Program-made: the position numbers and the translations under genes | Notes under the pieces: model-generated | The model's database searches: none | Seen by the model: only the letters and a program-made list of their open reading frames with translations | Told to the model about the DNA's origin: nothing | Part shown: positions 57,434-64,000 of the stretch, in pieces | Numbering within the stretch: the first letter of the stretch is position 1 | How the letters are laid out: every line of letters begins with the position of its first letter | Virus record (IMG/VR): IMGVR_UViG_3300030202_003733 | Span: 119,024-183,023 of that record | Source: a virus | Reading direction: 5' to 3' (one strand) | Length of the DNA stretch: 64,000 nt

Positions 57434-58146
57434 TATTTATCTCCCGAAAATCCTGATAACCCTGTACTATTTAGGTGGAGTTCACCAAAACCGCCCCCTC
57501 CAGCCTTTCTTTTCATTCTTTGTCCTTCCACTAAAGAATATGAAATCTTTAAAGATGGACTACCAAGAAGTGACCCTGGGGCTATAATTGCAATCTCGTT
57601 ACTTCTTGATGACGGCGTTGTACCATCAACATCTAATTTTGATAACAAAAATATATTAAAATGACCCTTTTCCCTTATTACCTCATGCAAATGCTCTCTT
57701 AACCTGCCCTGAATTTTAATTTTGTTTACTCTACTAGCCCTTAGTGCTACAGCCCCAGGGTTTCCTATCTGACCCCAGTCATTGAATTCACGACGATCAC
57801 CCGTGCCGGTGGTTGTAATCGCTTTTGTATCAGCAAAAAGCATAATTTCATCGCCGGACCTGTCGCTGACTGTAATCGAACTAGGAAATAGAGACAATTC
57901 TGCATCTTCTAAGCGGAACCCCTGCTGAGGAATATCAAGACTGGTAAGATCAAAATTAAGATAGGCCCTAGCGCATGAAAAAGACCCATCACGATTAACA
58001 TTGGCCTTTATAATAAGCCCACTCCTTGACGAGTCGCAGGTAGTACTACTAACTACAGTTCTCCAAGCATCTCGCCGCCCCCCGTCTAAGGTGTAAGTAA
58101 AGTTGCCGGTACCACCTTCCGACCGCCCTGAATGTAATCTACCCAT
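57433..58146 (-). CDS. Beta-rich protein (DNRLRE-like fold), paralogue of the upstream gene
   Basis: RAYLNFDLTSLDIP...LEDAELSL and C-terminal KRKAGGGGFGE. Confidence 0.6.
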   Translation of the reverse strand: MGRLHSGRSEGGTGNFTYTLDGGRRDAWRTVVSSTTCDSSRSGLIIKANVNRDGSFSCARAYLNFDLTSLDIPQQGFRLEDAELSLFPSSITVSDRSGDEIMLFADTKAITTTGTGDRREFNDWGQIGNPGAVALRASRVNKIKIQGRLREHLHEVIREKGHFNIFLLSKLDVDGTTPSSRSNEIAIIAPGSLLGSPSLKISYSLVEGQRMKRKAGGGGFGELHLNSTGLSGFSGDK

Positions 58147-58167
58147 TTATTTTTTCCTTTCATAATT

Positions 58168-58944
58168 TTACCTCTCACCCGCAAATCCTGACATAGAGGT
58201 TGAAGGAACATTGGTTTCACCAAATCCACCGCCCCCTGCTTTTCTTTTGACTCTTATACCGGGCTTTCGCTCAAACCCAATAATAAATAACTCGGGGTTT
58301 TGGGCTGAAGCATGCGCCGTTGCAGCCAATCTTATTCGGTTAAGCCCAGTAGGGTCGTCCTGATTGGCATGATCATAATCTAATTTTGGCAATAGTGCGA
58401 TACCAATGTGGCCTGTAGCCCCTGTATCACCACCGGCTGCTCTACGTAAACGATTTTGCAGAACTGTTCTTAAATTTCCGTCTATAACAACGTCCGCGAC
58501 GGAGCCATTATCACCCAATACGGTTTCGGTTACGCTGGCAATGTTAAGATTTACTGCGTCATAATCCCCGACAACAAGAGAATCATCAGCTTGGCGATCT
58601 ACATTTGCTAAGAAAGGCTTTAAGGTTCTTCCTATGTCCCCGTCGTCGCCAGCGTTACTTGCTACTGTCCTTATGCGTACAAAAGCGTGTCTAACAACAA
58701 AATTAGTTGAAACTTTTGGATCCATATCAAGATCAAAAAATAAAAACCCTCGGCCATTAATCCACCCCGAGTGGGTTTTGCGGGTGATCAGCGATATCGT
58801 CTCGGTGTCTGGCCCGTCCGAAGTATTGCTGCCATCAATGCTCGCATCACCAACTATATCCACCCAATCGCCCGATGTAGCAGATTTACTAATTTGGCCA
58901 TCATTTTCCACATCGGCTGAACATCGTTTAAAATTTCTTGGCAT
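58168..58944 (-). CDS. Beta-rich protein (DNRLRE-like fold), paralogue of the downstream gene
   Basis: RGFLFFDLD...VRHAFVRI and C-terminal KRKAGGGGFGE. Confidence 0.6.
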   Translation of the reverse strand: MPRNFKRCSADVENDGQISKSATSGDWVDIVGDASIDGSNTSDGPDTETISLITRKTHSGWINGRGFLFFDLDMDPKVSTNFVVRHAFVRIRTVASNAGDDGDIGRTLKPFLANVDRQADDSLVVGDYDAVNLNIASVTETVLGDNGSVADVVIDGNLRTVLQNRLRRAAGGDTGATGHIGIALLPKLDYDHANQDDPTGLNRIRLAATAHASAQNPELFIIGFERKPGIRVKRKAGGGGFGETNVPSTSMSGFAGER

Positions 58945-58969
58945 AGAGTAAATACCTCATAATGTATAA

Positions 58970-59004
58970 TAATTAGTTCTTTGTCTTGTAAAACAAACTA
59001 ATTA
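58970..59004. promoter_or_regulatory. Divergent promoter pair (ACTAATTA on each strand, inverted repeat)
   Basis: TAATTAGT at 58970-58977 and ACTAATTA at 58997-59004 lie exactly at the switch from minus to plus transcription. Confidence 0.6.
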
Positions 59005-59034
59005 AATTGGATATTTGTTTGTGGAGTGTGGTAT

Positions 59035-59910
59035 ATGAGTTTGTTATTAAAAGAATGGAAGACCTTTACTGAAAATAATAAAAACGCAGACTCTACCGCG
59101 ATGTGGAATGCAAAAAGAATAGAACAGTTAGCTAAAGCTGGGAATTGGCGCGACTGGAGTGAAGTATATCTAAAATTCTCACTAGAATGGGATTACAACA
59201 ATGTGGACCAGACAGAAGAGCTAGAAGAAGTAATAAGCAAGATAGAACCAATGTCCAACAACAAGGTGGTAAGACTTCTCGGCGTAGGGACACAGGGAGT
59301 GGTATTTGAACTCGATAACGGGCATGCATTAAAACTTTTTCGTAGAGGGTACTTAAGTTATGGCAACGTAGAGGGGGAAATGAATTTTTATTCCTCATCA
59401 AAGGAAAAACTTTTCACAAAAAAAGGCAAGCTTCACACACTCCCAGTGTACGATTACGGCAAAACAGACGATGGTTTATATTGGGTTGAAATGGCCAAAT
59501 TGGTTCCACTGGACCATTATGCGGAAATGACTGGTAGAGAAGATCCAACTGGGCTCATGACACTGATAGTTGAATATCTGATTGAATTTGAGGATATGGA
59601 AACTGATGGGGATGGCTACCTGCACGACGATGAAGAAGATCGTCAGGATTATGAAAATAAACGCAAGATACACATGCAATCAATAAAAAAACAAGCCGAA
59701 AAAGCACAACTTACTTTAAGAGAACTGGGGTCACTAATCGATACAATTAAATCAGTGTATGATGAATATGGCGAGTCATATGTGTTAGATTTACACTCAG
59801 GAAATATGGGTGTGTTAGAAACATCAACCTTTAGGCACGGTGCGGCTCACGATAAGAAAAGAATAATGGACCCAACAAGAACACCTCGTTTTGTTCTTTT
59901 TGACCCATAG
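59035..59910 (+). CDS. Atypical protein-kinase-like fold protein with N-terminal W-motif tag
   Basis: MSLLLKEWKTFTE; LGVGTQGVVF, ALKL, VEM, DLHSGN and FVLFDP. Confidence 0.7.
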   Translation: MSLLLKEWKTFTENNKNADSTAMWNAKRIEQLAKAGNWRDWSEVYLKFSLEWDYNNVDQTEELEEVISKIEPMSNNKVVRLLGVGTQGVVFELDNGHALKLFRRGYLSYGNVEGEMNFYSSSKEKLFTKKGKLHTLPVYDYGKTDDGLYWVEMAKLVPLDHYAEMTGREDPTGLMTLIVEYLIEFEDMETDGDGYLHDDEEDRQDYENKRKIHMQSIKKQAEKAQLTLRELGSLIDTIKSVYDEYGESYVLDLHSGNMGVLETSTFRHGAAHDKKRIMDPTRTPRFVLFDP

Positions 59911-59922
59911 GATACAACAAAA

Positions 59923-60597
59923 ATGAAATTAATAATGGAAAACTGGAGAGGATTTATAAAAGAGAAGCTCGCGCTAAAGCCAGGCCCAAGGGGCTGGGAC
60001 TTGTATGCGAACCTTGTCACAGAGGCCTATATGAAAGCTCCTGTTTTTGAAGATCGCGCTGCGCCGGCGTGGGAAGCCCTAATACCTTTTATAGATAAAA
60101 TGTATAAGCAGATACAAACTCGTATCGATATTGAACCTGTAGATTATCACCCTTATGATGTGGGTTTAGATGTTGATGTCACAGGTGCTGACAGGATGAG
60201 ACAGTCCGTTGAGGATACGGGCAAACTTCTAGTGTCAAAGTCAGACGCCGAGCACCCCATATTTGATGAAGAGACTAATGTTAAATTTAGAGCCGTACAC
60301 GATTATATGACTCACATACAGCCAAAAATACCGGCGGGTTTCACATCTGCCAAAAAACAAGGGTCAATTCATCAGGAACTTCGTGCTTATAATATACATG
60401 CCAAGACTGTCCCTAAAGCTGCAATACCTGCATTGTTTACCGAAGTGGTTGGGCAAGTATGCACTTTCTATGTAACCGGAAAATTTCAAGAGCAGAAAGT
60501 GTGCATCTTAGACGGTTTTGATTATATTAATGTTGGTGTTGTTGACGGATATAATATAGTTAACAAGGAGCTTATTAAAAATGAAACTCCTGCTTGA
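59923..60597 (+). CDS. Hypothetical protein with FRAVHD motif and N-terminal W-motif tag
   Basis: MKLIMENWRGFIKE; FRAVHDYMTH...ELRAY..H...TEVVGQ...G.F.EQK. Confidence 0.75.
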   Translation: MKLIMENWRGFIKEKLALKPGPRGWDLYANLVTEAYMKAPVFEDRAAPAWEALIPFIDKMYKQIQTRIDIEPVDYHPYDVGLDVDVTGADRMRQSVEDTGKLLVSKSDAEHPIFDEETNVKFRAVHDYMTHIQPKIPAGFTSAKKQGSIHQELRAYNIHAKTVPKAAIPALFTEVVGQVCTFYVTGKFQEQKVCILDGFDYINVGVVDGYNIVNKELIKNETPA

Positions 60598-61015
60598 AAC
60601 ATGGCGTAAATATTTAAATGAGGAGAAGGTTGATCCTCAAATGAAAAAATATCTTGACGATCACCCCTATATGGAACCTGACGGCCTCCAAGAAGAACCA
60701 AAAAAAGGAACAGGGAAGAAACCAAAGGGATCCGGAAGGCGTCTTTACACGGACGAAGACCCAAGTGATACGGTATCGGTTAAATTTTCTACTGTTCAGG
60801 ATATTAAAGACACCCTATCTAAATCTTCATTCAAGGCAAAATCTCACAAACGCCAGTCGCAAATAATTAATCTTATCCACCAAAGAGCACGCGCAGCCTA
60901 TCAGAATGCCAAAGATCCAAAAGTAAAAGCTAGGCTTAAAAAATCTTTTGAGTACGCTAAAAAAAGAAAAGAGGCCTCCAAAGCCAAAACCAAACGGATG
61001 AATAAAAACAAATGA
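60581..61015 (+). CDS. Basic hypothetical protein with N-terminal W-motif tag
   Basis: MKLLLETWRKYLNE; RRLYTDEDPSDTVSVKF and a Lys/Arg-rich C-half. Confidence 0.75.
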   Translation: MKLLLETWRKYLNEEKVDPQMKKYLDDHPYMEPDGLQEEPKKGTGKKPKGSGRRLYTDEDPSDTVSVKFSTVQDIKDTLSKSSFKAKSHKRQSQIINLIHQRARAAYQNAKDPKVKARLKKSFEYAKKRKEASKAKTKRMNKNK

Positions 61016-61521
61016 AACTTCTACTTGAAAACTGGAAAAAGTATTTACATGAAGCTTCTGTTGGGTCTGACCTGGCAAAGTCAATCGAATACACAGCTTT
61101 TTTTCTAGATCCTCAGCACGAGGGAACAAAAAAATTAAAAGATATGATCCCTGGGGGTTGGAAGGAATACGCTGATCACATGACAATGATACCCCCGACA
61201 GATATGAAGCAAAGGGTATCCCCTAGTCAACTTGGCAAAGGCTGCATCAAAGTGGTTGGGATTGCAAAAGATGATAGGGTTATGGCTGGTCTAATTGAAT
61301 TTACGGATGAATTTATGCTTTACTCAAAAAATAAGATATCACATATTACAATTGCAACAAGCAAAAAACCATTGCTCGGAACAAAAGACATAGGTTCCTC
61401 TCACTACTCTCCGGCCCTCTCAAATGAATTTACAATGGATGATTTTGAGGATATAGAGCCTATAGAAGTGTGCGGTGAGGTAAAAGAAAAAATGCGCCAA
61501 AGCCCAGAGGACAAAGAATAA
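61012..61521 (+). CDS. 2H phosphoesterase with N-terminal W-motif tag
   Basis: MKLLLENWKKYLHE; two HxT motifs (DHMTM and SHITIA), W before the first motif, and SNEF near the C-terminus. Confidence 0.75.
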   Translation: MKLLLENWKKYLHEASVGSDLAKSIEYTAFFLDPQHEGTKKLKDMIPGGWKEYADHMTMIPPTDMKQRVSPSQLGKGCIKVVGIAKDDRVMAGLIEFTDEFMLYSKNKISHITIATSKKPLLGTKDIGSSHYSPALSNEFTMDDFEDIEPIEVCGEVKEKMRQSPEDKE

Positions 61522-62363
61522 TGAACAAATTATTTAAAAACTGGCGTGGGTATATTTTTGAGCAACAAGGTTCGTGGCTTGAAGATCTTAAGAAAGACCC
61601 CGGCGCGGTCTTAGATGAGACAAAATTTAAAGAGGTGGGTACCGGCGCATTCCGAACAGCATACAAACCAATTGGAGTCGATGGTTATATTATTAAAGTC
61701 ATTCAAAACCCTAGAGATACATTTATGAATACTAAAGATGTAGAACTATCAAAAAAGTACCCCGATATAATCCCAAAAACATACGCCCATGGTCCATGCT
61801 ATGAAAAAGATGGACAACAAAAGTGTGGTTACGAATGGATTATAATGGAAGAGGTTAAACCAATTGAGCTACAAGATAAAAATCTTTTTATAGAAATGAT
61901 GAAGGTCAACTTTCCCGAAATAATAAATTTTTTAGTCACAGATGAAAAAGGAAAAAAAGTTTTGGAGAGATATATGGCTACTAGGGCTTTCTATATCATG
62001 GCTATTTGGGAATTAATTGTAGAAAGTATAAATCACGGCAGCCTCAAATACGGAGAATATTCTAGTGAGCAGAGGGCTAAAATCGAAGATGAACCCGAGT
62101 CTGTGCCACCAGGAACTCTAGACATACCCGATATGCCTATGATGGGAGAGCCAGGGAGTGAAGATGTTTCCTTTGTAAATTGGAAAGATATTCAAGAAAT
62201 ATACAAGAAAATCTTTGATATTGGGATGAACAATAACGTTTACAGGCAACTATTTAAACTAGTTACTGTAGACGAGGCCGATATGTTTGACATAGGGCCA
62301 GGAAATATTGCTATCGACGATAAATCAAACTTTAAAGTATTAGACACATCAATATTTAATTAA
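61521..62363 (+). CDS. Atypical protein-kinase-like fold protein with N-terminal W-motif tag
   Basis: MNKLFKNWRGYIFE; VGTGAFRTAY, IIKV, IIMEEV, DIGPGN and KVLD. Confidence 0.7.
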   Translation: MNKLFKNWRGYIFEQQGSWLEDLKKDPGAVLDETKFKEVGTGAFRTAYKPIGVDGYIIKVIQNPRDTFMNTKDVELSKKYPDIIPKTYAHGPCYEKDGQQKCGYEWIIMEEVKPIELQDKNLFIEMMKVNFPEIINFLVTDEKGKKVLERYMATRAFYIMAIWELIVESINHGSLKYGEYSSEQRAKIEDEPESVPPGTLDIPDMPMMGEPGSEDVSFVNWKDIQEIYKKIFDIGMNNNVYRQLFKLVTVDEADMFDIGPGNIAIDDKSNFKVLDTSIFN

Positions 62364-62373
62364 GGAAAATAAA

Positions 62374-63486
62374 ATGAGCTTAACATTTAATCTAAATTCT
62401 CTTGAAGAGAAAAAGAAAAAAAAGAAGAAAAAAAAGAAGAGTGGCGGTAAGAAAGATGCCTGCTATCACAAGGTCAAGTCACGATACAAAGTTTGGCCAT
62501 CGGCATACGCGTCAGGCGCTTTAGTCAAGTGTAGAAAAGTCGGTGCAAAGAACTGGGGTAGCAAAACTACCAAGGAAGAACTGGAGCTTTATGAAGGCAA
62601 AGAGAGCCTCGAAGCAAAAATTCGTGATGTCCTTATCAAAGAGGGTGGTGCTGCTGGTATGAAAGCCCTCAAGGAACAAACCAAACACACAGAAAAAGAA
62701 ATCAAAGATGCAATCGAAGGTATGAAGGATGTAGTGCAACACGAACATGGTGATTACTATTTGGTAGAAGATAAAACTATCGATGAAGAGAACTTACACA
62801 AGTGGTTTAAAGATGGCGGTTGGAAGCAAGCCGGTGGAAAACACGATGGGAAACCTTGTGCCCGGCAACCCGGCCAAAAGACAACACCGAAATGCGTTTC
62901 CAGGTCAAAGTTTAAAAGCATGTCCAAGAAGCAGCGTGACAACGCAGCACGTAGGAAAAGAAAAAAAGATCCAAACCAACCGAAGAAAACTGGCGCTGCC
63001 AAACCAACTAATGTAAAGACAGACCCACAAAAAGAAAACCTTATCAAAAGGCTGGCAGATGAATTAATCAATGAAATGATTGAACAAGAACTGTCCGAGG
63101 TCTTCTCAGAAAAAAATATGGTTGAAGAATACCAAATGACTGAAGCTACCTACGAGGACGGCAGCCCAGTGGAAGAAGACTTTGGATTTTACGAAAATTT
63201 AGAGTCTTTGGAGGAAGCGGAATACCAAGGTCGCAAAGTAAAATTAAATAAGATAATGCGTGGTGATGTTAAAAAGTTTAAAGTTTTTGTTAAGGATCCT
63301 AAAACAAAAAATGTCAAAAAGGTTAATTTTGGCCACGGTGGTACAAGTGCAAAGAAGAAGGGTGAAAAAACTATGAAGATTCGTAAAAGTAATCCAAAGG
63401 CTCGTAAATCTTTCCGTGCTCGCCATAACTGCGACAACCCAGGTCCTAAGACGAAAGCTCGGTATTGGTCTTGCAGGAAATGGTAA
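62374..63486 (+). CDS. Modular basic protein (cyanophage-type internal protein modules separated by acidic spacers)
   Basis: Poly-Lys + KKDACYHKVKSRYKVWPSAYASGALVKCRK; ENLHKWF...KPC...PKC; EAEYQGRKVKLNK...RKSFRARHNC...ARYWSCRKW. Confidence 0.8.
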   Translation: MSLTFNLNSLEEKKKKKKKKKKSGGKKDACYHKVKSRYKVWPSAYASGALVKCRKVGAKNWGSKTTKEELELYEGKESLEAKIRDVLIKEGGAAGMKALKEQTKHTEKEIKDAIEGMKDVVQHEHGDYYLVEDKTIDEENLHKWFKDGGWKQAGGKHDGKPCARQPGQKTTPKCVSRSKFKSMSKKQRDNAARRKRKKDPNQPKKTGAAKPTNVKTDPQKENLIKRLADELINEMIEQELSEVFSEKNMVEEYQMTEATYEDGSPVEEDFGFYENLESLEEAEYQGRKVKLNKIMRGDVKKFKVFVKDPKTKNVKKVNFGHGGTSAKKKGEKTMKIRKSNPKARKSFRARHNCDNPGPKTKARYWSCRKW

Positions 63487-64000
63487 ATGAAGCTTCTACT
63501 TGAAAAATGGCGAGGATATATAAACGAAATATCATTTGACGCTGTTAGTGCGTTTGAATTTGACGATCGCCAATGGGAACACAAAGCATACGTATATAGA
63601 TTTTCTGATCATGAAGATCAAACCTATGAAGTAAAGTTCAATCCAATGGATAGAGGTAGCATCATTAGTTGGGATATTGATTATAAGGTAGAAGGTGGCG
63701 AATACTATGAATTAACGGGCAAAAATATAGTTGTGAAAGTAATGGCCACAGTAGCCCAGATTGTAATGGACTTTATTAAAAGACCCGATCGCCCAGTTGA
63801 ACAACAAAAAAGAATTTTTTACTTTTCTGGGGCAATCGGACCTGGTGAGACCGACGCGTTCGCGGGTATATCTGCTGGGAAAAGAACTAGGCTTTACACA
63901 CACATGCTTATGAAGATGCTCCCGGCAGGGTGGGATATGTCAGTAGATTCTAAAACACCAAATGCTATTTGGTTTTTTAACGAAAAAGAACTCGGCAATC
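63487..64000 (+). CDS. Hypothetical protein with N-terminal W-motif tag; runs off the right edge
   Basis: ATG immediately after the upstream TAA: MKLLLEKWRGYINEISFDAV...ELTGKNIVVKVMATV...RTRLY. Open to the window end and absent from the ORF track. Confidence 0.75.
   Translation, partial: MKLLLEKWRGYINEISFDAVSAFEFDDRQWEHKAYVYRFSDHEDQTYEVKFNPMDRGSIISWDIDYKVEGGEYYELTGKNIVVKVMATVAQIVMDFIKRPDRPVEQQKRIFYFSGAIGPGETDAFAGISAGKRTRLYTHMLMKMLPAGWDMSVDSKTPNAIWFFNEKELGN

Noticed and set aside
57466-57473. ACTATTTA on the plus strand
   Set aside because: It lies inside a minus-strand CDS with no plus-strand gene downstream, so it is probably a chance match.
62407-62440. A-rich tract as a slippage or phase-variation site
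   Set aside because: It is an in-frame mix of AAA/AAG codons encoding poly-Lys, and the ORF is intact with no alternative-frame product evident.
1-64000. Alternative genetic code (stop-codon reassignment)
   Set aside because: Recognisable genes are full length in code 11, and TAA, TAG and TGA all terminate genes at sensible positions.

Overview
This is a 64-kb piece of a large T4-like myophage (jumbo-phage scale), gene-dense with many ATGA/TAATG overlaps. No host housekeeping genes are present. Positions 1-58944 are transcribed on the minus strand and 59035-64000 on the plus strand, diverging from a back-to-back ACTAATTA pair. The blocks, left to right: (1) Baseplate module (1-18808): a >2217-aa gp7-like/LamG wedge ORF that the ORF track misses, a DNRLRE-like protein, gp6, gp25, a 2202-aa acidic Cys-rich unknown and an apparently split gp5 spike. 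(2) A gp55-like late sigma factor and small genes (18771-20558). (3) A ~22.7-kb, ~24-gene nucleotide-sugar/glycosylation locus (20571-43307): RfbB/RfbC, two His-type C-3 dehydratases, HldA/HldC, two-subunit transketolase, B12 radical SAM, NeuB/NeuA, a Maf-like transferase and GT2/GT4/GT10 transferases. (4) A host-interaction block (43315-49434): PD-(D/E)XK nuclease, PIN-PhoH, HNH, Fpr, a full tmRNA with tag ANNNNHFELALAA, an Flp-type pilin and a Fis-like HTH. (5) Probable virion and internal proteins (49431-64000). The most striking signal is a shared N-terminal peptide, M-K-L-L-x-E-x-W-(R/K)-x-(Y/F)-(I/L)-x-E, on six unrelated plus-strand genes. Their cargoes include two atypical kinase folds and a 2H phosphoesterase, suggesting a capsid-targeting tag that packages injected effectors. 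All family assignments come from motifs read by eye; no database search was run.
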